Assembly (NCBI GenBank): GCA_029838215.1
Contig: JALGVI010000037.1
Location: 1 to 28,821, forward strand
Length of the DNA stretch: 28,821 nucleotides
Reading direction: 5' to 3'
Source of the DNA: Candidatus Helarchaeota archaeon
Lineage (GTDB): Archaea; Asgardarchaeota; Lokiarchaeia; Helarchaeales; RDOG01
In this document: positions 1 to 8,526 of the stretch, one piece after another
How positions within the stretch are numbered: the first letter of the stretch is position 1
Layout: each line of letters begins with the position of its first letter
Translations under genes and position numbers: made by a program
The notes under the pieces: model-generated
What the model was told of the DNA's origin: nothing
The model's database searches: none
The model's input: the letters and a program-made list of their open reading frames with translations, nothing else

Positions 1-494
1 GTGGATGAGCCGGCACTCGATCCTTTATCCCAGATGATCTCTCCTCGCATTAAGAAACCAAGATCAAGCATGTCCTTGGCAATGAATGAATCCAAAGGAA
101 TGTATGGCTTCCGACCTAGGTTTGCCACGTTTATGCAGGCTCTACCTCCAGGCACGAGAACGCGTTTTGTTTCCGTCCAGACACTCTTTAAAAATTGTAG
201 ATATTCAGAAAGAGTGTAATTCCGGTCATAATCCTTGCCAACATTGTACGGAGGGGACGTTATCATTAAATGAACGCTATTATCAGGAATATCTCCCATT
301 TTTTCAGAAGATTTACACAAGATTCGGTTTAATAAGGAAGATGGCATCTCATTTTCAATGTATTCGATTTTTTTAGGAGGTTTTGATCCTTCATATAACT
401 TGCTTGCATAGAATTCCGAAGAATCATGGCTTATTCGCCCGGGAGATCCAAAAGAACTTGTCCTTGTTCCTCTTTTGCGCTCTTTCTTCTTCAT
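1..494 (-). CDS. Site-specific DNA methyltransferase, beta class (N4-C/N6-A), 5' part only; runs off the left edge
   Basis: Not in the ORF track. Manual minus-strand translation from ATG 494: MKKKERKRGTRTSSFGSPGRISHDSSEFY...IPDNSVHLMITSPPYNVGKDY...KRVLVPGGRACINVANLGRKPYIPL...RGEIIWDKGSSAGSST. Catalytic SPPY motif, GAGG upstream of the ATG, no stop to position 1. Confidence 0.92.
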   Translation of the reverse strand, partial: MKKKERKRGTRTSSFGSPGRISHDSSEFYASKLYEGSKPPKKIEYIENEMPSSLLNRILCKSSEKMGDIPDNSVHLMITSPPYNVGKDYDRNYTLSEYLQFLKSVWTETKRVLVPGGRACINVANLGRKPYIPLDSFIAKDMLDLGFLMRGEIIWDKGSSAGSS

Positions 495-659
495 TTAAAC
501 CTCTCAATAGACTCAACTAATTCGAAGTGAGATAACAGTGTCATAAATCGGTGCTCGTTTAAATATTTGTTTCATCAAATAATAAAACTTGTTGTAATTA
601 AAAATAGATGTCGCGAGATAGAGTTGAAAATGGAATCGTTAGTCATTAAAGAGGACTTG

Positions 660-1757
660 ATGACGAATTACTTGGAAGAAGCAAAACAGAAGTATAAACA
701 CCTTTTTGGATACGTTTGCACGTCAGTACCTTTAGAATTATTAGATGCAGCAGGGATAATGCCGATACGCCTAAGAGGGATTGAAGCTCTTGATACATCT
801 TTGGCAGACTCCGTTGTTTCTAAATACAACTGTCCTTACATACGGTGCGTGTTAAATATTGCTTTAGAAGGGAAATTTGATTATTTATCAGGCTTGGTTG
901 TCACGAACAATTGTGACCACGCCCGAAGACAATACGATATTTGGTCCTACAAGGTCGTGAAAGACAGGAAAGATTTTTTCCTTGGATATATATCCACCCC
1001 ACACAAAGTATCAGACCATGCTAAAAAATGGATGCGCGATGAATACGAGCTGTTTAAGAAGAAATTGGAAGAATTCGTGGGTCATAAAATAACGGAAGAG
1101 CAAATTAAAGCATCCATCAAGAAATTCAACGCTGCACGATCCATTCTTTGGAAGCTTCAAGAACTCCGTTCAGAAGAGAAACCGCGCTTGACCGCAAAGG
1201 AATTTTACAGTGCTTCAATTGCCTACACGCAAATTCCAATAGAAAAATTTCTTGAACACGCCTCAGACTTGTTGGAAAGTGCTCAAACGAGGAAACCCAT
1301 TGAAAAATATCGGTCTAGGTTGATGCTTGCAGGAAGTGTCATTGATTCTTCGCAATTCTTTGATATTTTTGAAGAGTATAATTCCAACGTTGCCATGGAT
1401 GAACTTTGTTTTGGAGTTCGGACTTGTGATCGGCTTATTGATGAAACAGGCGATCCGCTCAAGGCATTATCCAAGTTTTATTTTGAAGAATGCAAATGCC
1501 CGAAGATGATGGACGATACATTTCAAAGGCGCTTGGTAGATATTAAGCAAAATGTGGAGAAGTATAAGCTTGATGGAGTTGTATTGCAGCGAATAGAATT
1601 CTGTGACTTACACGGAATAGCAAATGCCATGCTAAAACACAAGTTGGAAGAAGATTATAAAATTCCCGTTTTAAGCATTGATAAAGAATATTTATCAGGT
1701 GATATAGCTCGTCTCAAGACTCGCATCGAAGCGTTCTTGGAACGGATTGAGAGGTGA
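660..1757 (+). CDS. 2-hydroxyacyl-CoA dehydratase / benzoyl-CoA reductase subunit (BcrC/BadD/HgdB family)
   Basis: GYVCTSVPLELLDAAGIMP, NCPY, TNNCDHARR, C-terminal FCDLHG and KTRIEAFLE are typical of HGD-D proteins. Start placed at ATG 660 (GAGG upstream); ATG 630 is possible. Confidence 0.88.
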   Translation: MTNYLEEAKQKYKHLFGYVCTSVPLELLDAAGIMPIRLRGIEALDTSLADSVVSKYNCPYIRCVLNIALEGKFDYLSGLVVTNNCDHARRQYDIWSYKVVKDRKDFFLGYISTPHKVSDHAKKWMRDEYELFKKKLEEFVGHKITEEQIKASIKKFNAARSILWKLQELRSEEKPRLTAKEFYSASIAYTQIPIEKFLEHASDLLESAQTRKPIEKYRSRLMLAGSVIDSSQFFDIFEEYNSNVAMDELCFGVRTCDRLIDETGDPLKALSKFYFEECKCPKMMDDTFQRRLVDIKQNVEKYKLDGVVLQRIEFCDLHGIANAMLKHKLEEDYKIPVLSIDKEYLSGDIARLKTRIEAFLERIER

Positions 1758-1763
1758 TCGTTC

Positions 1764-3080
1764 ATGGGAGTTGAAGAAACAGCTGAAAATGCTGAAAAGC
1801 CCCCCGAGAAAAAAACAAAAAAAAGACAAATTTTGGATGATTTAATTGATGCCATTAGTTTCACACGAGATATCGTGAAACAAGTAATACCTTTATCAGA
1901 TTTACAGATATTACGGTCATTTTTAAGATGGGGAACGCCTTCACTAATCCGAAATCTCGACACGCGGGGAGGAACGCGTCCAGTTCTGGGTCATCACTTT
2001 GTATTCCCACCAGAGATCTTCTTGGGTTATGACATGAGCCTTCTTGCGATGGAAGTCATTCCCTACTTCATGTCTGCTTTAATTTCATTTGGTGCGGAAG
2101 AACAATACGATGAAATGCACGCTTATGGCATTCCATTCCACACCTGTTCGGCTCAAAAAGGGCACCTTGGACTCTCATATGAAGGGAGACTTGATTTAGA
2201 TGTCGTTGTCGCACCTTCTTCACCGTGTGATAACGGAGTCGGTGCCTATCAGTATTATTCTCAAATGGCAAACATTCCACTCATCGTCACGGACGTTCCC
2301 ATGTATCAAAATGAACGCGCTTATCAATATTTTGCCAAAGAATTGGATGCAATGATCAGACAAGTAGGAGAAATAATCAAGCAAGATTATGACTTCGAAA
2401 AAGTAAAAGCCGCCGTTCAAAATACAAACGAGTCTATCATGTTGATTCGGGAAATAAACACGTTAAGAAAGCACGTGCCCAATCCAATTGAATCAATGTT
2501 CAATCCGCTATTGATTGGTTCACAATTCTTCATGACAGGACAGCCCGAACGTCCGCAATTTTATCAAGAAGTCATAGATATTGGTAAAAGACGAATAAAA
2601 CATAACGATTATCCGGGAAAGGAAGATAAGATCCGGTCTATCTGGCCATACATGCCAATATTTTTTGATTTTGGTTTTTGTGAGTGGATGGATCGACAGT
2701 TAGGAATCGAGATAATTCTTGACATCTTTGGCTATTACATGTTCGATCCGATTGAAGATCAATCATATGATGGAATAATGAGAGGTCTTTCGGAATGGAG
2801 CATAAATTTTCCAATGATGCGACAATCGGTTCGTCTTGCCGAAGATTACATTGATGATTACGTGCGGCTTGCAAAGGAATTCAAGGCAGATTGCGCCATC
2901 TTTACAGTTCACATTGGATGCAAGCAATTAATTAGCTTGACACAGGTTTTACGAGAAGCACTCAAAGATGAATGTGGAATCCCGCTATTGATGCTGGACA
3001 TAGATGTTGGAGATAAGAGATTTGTACCAACTAACGTTCTCAAGCAAAAAATGATTGAATTCAAAAAGACATTATTTTAA
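1764..3080 (+). CDS. 2-hydroxyacyl-CoA dehydratase / benzoyl-CoA reductase subunit (BcrB/BadE/HgdA family)
   Basis: HTCSAQKG, SSPCDNG, HIGCKQ (three spaced Cys ligands) and C-terminal LMLDIDVGDKRF; 6 bp after the previous gene. Confidence 0.85.
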   Translation: MGVEETAENAEKPPEKKTKKRQILDDLIDAISFTRDIVKQVIPLSDLQILRSFLRWGTPSLIRNLDTRGGTRPVLGHHFVFPPEIFLGYDMSLLAMEVIPYFMSALISFGAEEQYDEMHAYGIPFHTCSAQKGHLGLSYEGRLDLDVVVAPSSPCDNGVGAYQYYSQMANIPLIVTDVPMYQNERAYQYFAKELDAMIRQVGEIIKQDYDFEKVKAAVQNTNESIMLIREINTLRKHVPNPIESMFNPLLIGSQFFMTGQPERPQFYQEVIDIGKRRIKHNDYPGKEDKIRSIWPYMPIFFDFGFCEWMDRQLGIEIILDIFGYYMFDPIEDQSYDGIMRGLSEWSINFPMMRQSVRLAEDYIDDYVRLAKEFKADCAIFTVHIGCKQLISLTQVLREALKDECGIPLLMLDIDVGDKRFVPTNVLKQKMIEFKKTLF

Positions 3081-3090
3081 ATCATTGGAG

Positions 3091-3891
3091 ATGATTATAA
3101 TTCCGTATTTCTTAGGTGTAGATGTCGGGACGTCTTACGTGAAAACAGTCTTGCTTGAAAATGATGCGGTAGTAACGCACCTGATTGACAAGATCGAAGG
3201 AAATCCAGGGATTGCCGGAAAGAACGCGATTAAGAAAACAGCAGAAATAGCCGGTCTGAAAGAAAAGAAAATACGTAAAAACATGGCAGGAACGGGGATC
3301 GGAATTCAAAAATGTCCTTTTATAAAGCATCAATATCCCGACATGGTCAGTGTCACGAAAGGCACGGTAACGCAAGTCCCTAGTGCAAGAACGATTATTG
3401 ATGTGGGTGCGCTTTCCATCAAAGCCATTTCTCTTGCTGACGGTTCGGGAAAAATAAAAGATTATAGCGTGAATGACCGTTGCGCAGGGGGATCAGGCAT
3501 GTTTCTGGAACTCATTTCAAAAGCACTTGAAATGTCGTTAGAAGATATTTCAAAGAAACCTCTTGAAATAAATGAAATTCATCACATTACCTCACAATGT
3601 TCCATTTTTGCGGAATCAGAAGTGATTTATCTAAAAAATGAGGGATATGATAAGGTCAAGATCGCAGGTGGTGTAAACGATTCGATAGCTGGAAGAACGC
3701 TATCCATCGTGCGCAAGCTGGACCTGAATCCCGACATCGTGATAACGGGAGGAATGGCAAATAACGAGCATTTCGTGAAATGCCTTTCGAATCGTCTGGG
3801 AATAAAATTAACTCGTGTTGAGAGACCTGAATATGTCGGAGCACACGGCGCAGCACTTTTAGCAAGAGATCGACTGAATGGAGGAAAATAA
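3091..3891 (+). CDS. ATP-dependent CoA-substrate enzyme activase, ASKHA fold (BcrA/BcrD/HgdC family), copy 1
   Basis: GVDVGTSYVK, IIDVGA, NDRCAGGSG, SQCSIFAESE, ITGGMA, GAHGAAL. ATG 3091 follows GGAG. Confidence 0.9.
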   Translation: MIIIPYFLGVDVGTSYVKTVLLENDAVVTHLIDKIEGNPGIAGKNAIKKTAEIAGLKEKKIRKNMAGTGIGIQKCPFIKHQYPDMVSVTKGTVTQVPSARTIIDVGALSIKAISLADGSGKIKDYSVNDRCAGGSGMFLELISKALEMSLEDISKKPLEINEIHHITSQCSIFAESEVIYLKNEGYDKVKIAGGVNDSIAGRTLSIVRKLDLNPDIVITGGMANNEHFVKCLSNRLGIKLTRVERPEYVGAHGAALLARDRLNGGK

Positions 3892-4699
3892 CGTGTTAGT
3901 TGGTGGAATAGATATCGGATCTCTGACGGGCAAAATGGTATTGCTTGAAGACGATAAAATCAAGCATTATAAGATAATTCTTGCAAGACCCACGCCTCGT
4001 GAAACAACAGATGAATTGTTCAAGCACGTGTTTAATGATGAAACAGGAATTAAGCTGGAAGATGTCGAATACATTGTGGGCACGGGCTACGGGCGTCGAA
4101 AAATTCCACAAGCACAAAAAACAATTTCAGAAATAACCTGCCATGGAAAAGGTGCATTTTGGATCAATCAAAAAATTCGAACCATCATCGACATTGGAGG
4201 ACAAGACTGTAAAGTCATCAGGATGACTCCAGATGGTGAGCTTGATGATTTTGTCATGAACGAAAAATGCGCTGCGGGAACAGGAAGATACCTGGAAATC
4301 ATGGCAGACCTCCTTAAAGTATCCTTAGATGAACTGGGGACAATTGGCGAAAAAGTCAAGCATCCCTTGCACATCATGAATATATGCTCAATTTATGCAG
4401 CGCAAGAAGTCGCCCAAGCCATAAATGATGGAATCAAACCGGAAAAAATCGCTGCGGGTGTGAATTTTGCAATGGCAGAACGTGTTGCCATGATGGCAAA
4501 ACGCGTGAACGTCCAACCTGAAGTTGCATTTACAGGGGGCGTCGCAAAAAATCAAGGCATCGTGAAATATTTATCAAAATTACTTGATGTTAAATTTCAG
4601 GCACTTCCCATCGACCCACAAATCATGGGCGCTGTTGGTGCTGCCCTTATTGCACGAGAAAGGAAGTTGTCCGAAATACGTCGTGAGAAGGAAAAATAG
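3878..4699 (+). CDS. ATP-dependent CoA-substrate enzyme activase, ASKHA fold (BcrA/BcrD/HgdC family), copy 2
   Basis: GIDIGSLTGK, GTGYGR, SEITCHGKG, IDIGGQDCK, NEKCAAGTG, NICSIY, TGGVAKN; overlaps copy 1 by 14 bp. Confidence 0.93.
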   Translation: MEENNVLVGGIDIGSLTGKMVLLEDDKIKHYKIILARPTPRETTDELFKHVFNDETGIKLEDVEYIVGTGYGRRKIPQAQKTISEITCHGKGAFWINQKIRTIIDIGGQDCKVIRMTPDGELDDFVMNEKCAAGTGRYLEIMADLLKVSLDELGTIGEKVKHPLHIMNICSIYAAQEVAQAINDGIKPEKIAAGVNFAMAERVAMMAKRVNVQPEVAFTGGVAKNQGIVKYLSKLLDVKFQALPIDPQIMGAVGAALIARERKLSEIRREKEK

Positions 4700-4712
4700 G
4701 AGTTTGAAAAGC

Positions 4713-5189
4713 ATGGCAGAAACACAAAAATTTGATGTACCTGAAGATCGAATCCGACTTGGAGTAATAGCAAATTTATTGCGAATATATATTGAGATGT
4801 ACATTGATGATAAACGAAAGAAACTCCTTGATGGATTAAATGGTGAAGAAATCGTTCTCGAATTTCCAAGTCTGGGTGGATCGGTACTATTCAAGATCTA
4901 TGACCGGAGAATCATAGAATCAGTCGGCGATTCGGAAGATGCGGCAGCAACTCTCGTGCTGAAAAGTACGGGTGAAGATGTCACCGAAGACATGAGCCCA
5001 ATTCTGGGCAACACGAATAGCATTTTTGGAATCCTGAAACTCTTGCCAATGATGGTAAAGAAAAACGTGAACTTTAAAGGCTCCGCTTTTAAGGCATTAA
5101 GATTCTTGCGAGTCATCATGATGGGAAATTCAAAAGAATTCAAAAAGCAAAAAAAACGATGGAAATTAATGCAGGAAGGCAAGCTCTAA
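4713..5189 (+). CDS. SCP2 (sterol carrier protein 2)-like lipid-binding domain protein
   Basis: 158 aa with an SCP2-like pattern (IVLEFPSLGGSVLFKI...AAATLVL...LLPMMVKKNVNFKGSAFKALRF). ATG 4713 follows GGAG, 13 bp after activase 2. Confidence 0.55.
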   Translation: MAETQKFDVPEDRIRLGVIANLLRIYIEMYIDDKRKKLLDGLNGEEIVLEFPSLGGSVLFKIYDRRIIESVGDSEDAAATLVLKSTGEDVTEDMSPILGNTNSIFGILKLLPMMVKKNVNFKGSAFKALRFLRVIMMGNSKEFKKQKKRWKLMQEGKL

Positions 5190-5219
5190 CGTTAATAATA
5201 TGAAAATCTGTAAAAAAAA

Positions 5220-5948
5220 TTAAAAAGGATTTGAAAATCGGTCAAGGTGCACGAAATCTTTTAGTTCTCGGCGAATATTCGTACCCCACGTTCCAAACTT
5301 CTTTTCATACCCGAGACGGAAAATGAGCATTAAGCGATATTTATCTTTAGGAATGTCCAGTATCTGCAATATTTGTTGAACTGACTCAGGAACCATCAAT
5401 TGACCGCTTATCAACTCGGCACTAATTCCCAAATCATTCGCAGCAAGCCAAATATTCTGCATGACAGCACCGATGCTTAAAATTCCCCATACGTGGTGGA
5501 GAGGTCCGACTCCTCGAAGGCTCTTGTCATACAATACAAAAAGCAAGCATGAACAATTTTGCACGAAATAGGAATATAATTTCATTGCTCGGTCCCAAAA
5601 AACATCATCGTCAACCAAGGAGGGATTCTCCTTGAGATCCAAAATGAATTTTGGCAAAACATCCACCTGGACACCTGTTCTCTTATTCTCCAACTCTTCA
5701 TCTGAAAAGCGCGTCCAATAGAAGTGTCCGTCAACCGCCTTTTTATCAAGCCTGAAACCCACTTCTGAGAGTTGTTTGATGACATCCTTGTCCTTCACGA
5801 CGATGATTTCGAAAGGTTGAGAATTGTGCGGAGTTGGAGCATAACGTGCTGCTTCAAAAATCTTTCTTAAATGGGCATCTGGAATGGGTTTTTGGGTGTA
5901 TAAGTATCTAGAACTTCTTCTATACTTGACTAATTCCTGAAAGTCCAT
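5220..5948 (-). CDS. Nitroreductase-family flavoprotein (FMN-binding)
   Basis: RRSSR, IFEAARYAPTPHNSQPFEIIVV, GAVMQNIWLAANDLGIS, LIFRLGY. Confidence 0.9.
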   Translation of the reverse strand: MDFQELVKYRRSSRYLYTQKPIPDAHLRKIFEAARYAPTPHNSQPFEIIVVKDKDVIKQLSEVGFRLDKKAVDGHFYWTRFSDEELENKRTGVQVDVLPKFILDLKENPSLVDDDVFWDRAMKLYSYFVQNCSCLLFVLYDKSLRGVGPLHHVWGILSIGAVMQNIWLAANDLGISAELISGQLMVPESVQQILQILDIPKDKYRLMLIFRLGYEKKFGTWGTNIRRELKDFVHLDRFSNPF

Positions 5949-5953
5949 GAGAA

Positions 5954-6532
5954 TTACCCTTTTGGCTTACATATGATTTCTTTTATGCTCAAATCAAAGA
6001 ACGTTCTCGTATACGCGGGTTTTAGGATTAATGCAGTATCGGAACCGCGCCCTTTTCCACCAATGCAAATAACATCCTTGTCCATCGCAATCAATCCCGC
6101 ATCAGCTGCCATCAAGCTAATCTCGAGACAAACCTTGAAGCCATCACCAAGTATGGAGCGGAAAATCTTTCCAATGATATCGGCAGTCGTCCACATCGGA
6201 GGAGATAGACCACCTCGGAAACTTCGTCCAATCCCTGAAAGAGCATGAACTCCCGTGAAAATCTCGATTCCGAAGTCATTCATTATTTTTCGGTTTTCGT
6301 CTGTAAGCTCCTGAGGAATATCCTTTAAGAATCCGTTGGCGTGTGTGACGGCGATTAATTTGAACTCATCTTTCGGGTATTTTTCCGCGATTTTGGCACC
6401 CGTGGCTCCCGTTGTCGTTGCGAATACTATTTGATCAATGCCTCGACTTTTTGCCACGTCTTGCACGATCTCAAGCACTTTTTCCGTGTTTTTGGGTCCG
6501 GGTTTTTCAAAATAAAAAATCTTTTCTTCCAT
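5954..6532 (-). CDS. Pyruvate kinase C-terminal alpha/beta-domain protein (MTH1675-like conserved archaeal protein)
   Basis: YFEKPGPKNTEKV, VFATTTGATG, AVTHANGF, HALSGIGRS, GDGFKVCLEISLMAADAG, GGKGRGSDTA, IKEIICKP. Start moved to ATG 6532. Confidence 0.85.
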   Translation of the reverse strand: MEEKIFYFEKPGPKNTEKVLEIVQDVAKSRGIDQIVFATTTGATGAKIAEKYPKDEFKLIAVTHANGFLKDIPQELTDENRKIMNDFGIEIFTGVHALSGIGRSFRGGLSPPMWTTADIIGKIFRSILGDGFKVCLEISLMAADAGLIAMDKDVICIGGKGRGSDTALILKPAYTRTFFDLSIKEIICKPKG

Positions 6533-6835
6533 TTTGCATCTCATCCCAAGTTTTCTTTGAGATACTTCATTCTCCATTCAACGACAGGTCTCTAACACGT
6601 CATTTTCATCGGATCAAAACGGCTTTATCTTTTCATACATGTCAGGACCTATTTCTTGAATATATCCTTCGTCTAATAAATATTGAATGTAGAAATTCAA
6701 GCGAATTTTTATGCAAGTTTTGTCCATTTTCGGAGCCATGTTCGTTTTAAGAATTTCAAATCTTCAATATTCTTTTTCGCATAAGAATATAAAAAATAAG
6801 TAAGATACTTAGTTTCATATAACGAGAAGTCACTC

Positions 6836-8029
6836 GTGAACGATATGGTAACTAAAATGCATAAAAACCGCGATAATCGGATGAAGGAAGGAATTGAGCT
6901 TTACAAGGCGGGCGATTTGGATCGTGCTTTTAAAGTGTTTGAAAGAATTTCAAGAGATTTTCCGGGCGATCCGGAGAGTATTTTTAATTGCGGTGTGATT
7001 TTTGATAGTAAGGGATTGAAACGAAAGGCAATTGAAAGCATGCAAGAAGCACTTCATCGTGATCCCAATTTTGCAAAGGCGAAATTAAATCTTGCGGTTT
7101 ATTATTATGAGATTGGCAAGGTAACAGAGGCAGCCAATTTATTACGTGAAACTCAAGCGATAAATGTCCCGGAGTGGATTAGGGAACGAGCGTTCATATT
7201 TCTAAAGCGATTGGAACACTCCATTCTTAAGGATCTAGCCATGAAGTCGGCTCAGATTGATAAAGGGCTAATTAGCGGAATAGGAATCCGAGAAATTGGT
7301 AAGAACATAGGCGTGTTACTGGGTAGACCCATAGCATATTGCGATCTTTCAACATCAGATAGAGGAAATATTTTCATCGTGAAGACCGAGGATGCAGTTT
7401 ATCACGCACGCGTGGAAAATGGAGATTATTTAGAAATTAGAGATCAAATCGATGAAGATGTCGTGCTTTTTAGAGAACTTCCCGATGTTAAACTGGTTCA
7501 TTCTGCGAAAGTTGAAGAAATCGAAGAACAGGTTGAACAGGAAAAAACATTTAAAGCAGAGATAAACTTCGACAATTCAGATTCAGGTTACGTGGAATTT
7601 CTTCAAGGACTCCATGTAATTTGCGAGCATTTAAAACGGAAACCAGATAAATTATGTTATATTCTTCACGGAATTAATGCAGGAGACTGGAAGGCTCCCG
7701 TGACATTCAAGCACGATGACTGGGAGGGAGCAATACAGGAATGCAAGGAAAATCCATATGGTTGGCAAATTGATTTTTACTTGAAACTCCCTGAAGGTGA
7801 AATTGAGGGTCATGCCAACCCCGGGTTTGATGTCGAAATCATTGCGTTGGGAAATCGAGGGATCGTTGAAACCGTTGAACGGCTCATTCTGAAAACCAAG
7901 CCAAAAAAAGTCAAAAAGCCAAAAAGGGCGAAGAAAAAGAAAAAAGCAAAGAAAAAATCTAAGAAAAAAACAGCTAAAAAACCCAAAAAGAGACGTGCTT
8001 CAAAAAGGAAGAAAAAGAAGAAAAGATAA
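6836..8029 (+). CDS. TPR-repeat protein with unknown central domains and a Lys/Arg-rich C-terminal tail
   Basis: About three TPR motifs (GIELYKAGDLDRAFKVF...PGDPESIFNCGVIF...DPNFAKAKLNLAVYYYEIG). The last 45 aa contain 33 K/R. Start codon uncertain (6836, 6845, 6857 or 6881). Confidence 0.75.
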   Translation: MNDMVTKMHKNRDNRMKEGIELYKAGDLDRAFKVFERISRDFPGDPESIFNCGVIFDSKGLKRKAIESMQEALHRDPNFAKAKLNLAVYYYEIGKVTEAANLLRETQAINVPEWIRERAFIFLKRLEHSILKDLAMKSAQIDKGLISGIGIREIGKNIGVLLGRPIAYCDLSTSDRGNIFIVKTEDAVYHARVENGDYLEIRDQIDEDVVLFRELPDVKLVHSAKVEEIEEQVEQEKTFKAEINFDNSDSGYVEFLQGLHVICEHLKRKPDKLCYILHGINAGDWKAPVTFKHDDWEGAIQECKENPYGWQIDFYLKLPEGEIEGHANPGFDVEIIALGNRGIVETVERLILKTKPKKVKKPKRAKKKKKAKKKSKKKTAKKPKKRRASKRKKKKKR

Positions 8030-8097
8030 CTTCCATGGCAAAAGATATTTGCGTTTCGGTATTTCACGCGAAAAAACGGAAATTTTTGGAATACGTG

Positions 8098-8448
8098 TCA
8101 ATCTTCGACATTTTCTTTGCCCAAGATCTGATTTCCGCGCTGCTTCATGTAACCGTCAATGATGTCGGCAAGATTTACGCCATCTAGAAGCAATTCATAG
8201 AATGTTTCACCCACATTTGAAATGCAATAGACTTTGTTTTTCTCGGTATACATTTTTGTATATTTTTCAATAACGCCCAAGTCCATTAACAAGTCAAAAA
8301 GCTGAGGCGTCAAGGCATTCTGAGGGAGATTCGGATATTCCTCTTTTAATTTATCGAAAATTAATTTCTTGTTTAATACGGGCTTTTGACCCTCAGGAGT
8401 GGGTGCCAATATTTTTAACAATTTGAGGAGAAACCCTTCAGATGCCAT
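8098..8448 (-). CDS. Hypothetical protein, probable winged helix-turn-helix
   Basis: LLKLLKIL...LIFDKLKE...FDLLMDLGVIEK...KVYCISNVGETFYELL follows the wHTH L..G.I...Y.IT..G pattern. Confidence 0.55.
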   Translation of the reverse strand: MASEGFLLKLLKILAPTPEGQKPVLNKKLIFDKLKEEYPNLPQNALTPQLFDLLMDLGVIEKYTKMYTEKNKVYCISNVGETFYELLLDGVNLADIIDGYMKQRGNQILGKENVED

Positions 8449-8526
8449 GTTATCTCACGATACTAAATACGATCCTCAATATTAAAAAATCTTAATGTTT
8501 CCTGCATAATATTTCATCACGAGATC

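Noticed and set aside
1-376. + strand ORFs 1..219 and 86..376
   Set aside because: They are antisense shadows of the minus-strand methyltransferase.
567-659. N-terminal extension of the first HGD-D subunit from TTG 567
   Set aside because: It lies in AT-rich promoter-like DNA; ATG 660 has a GAGG and matches the family start.
1755-1766. Selenocysteine read-through at TGA stops (1755-1757, 19642-19644, 20916-20918, 23954-23956)
   Set aside because: Each TGA falls at the family's normal C-terminus, and the next gene has its own start and SD; no SECIS-like hairpin was noticed.
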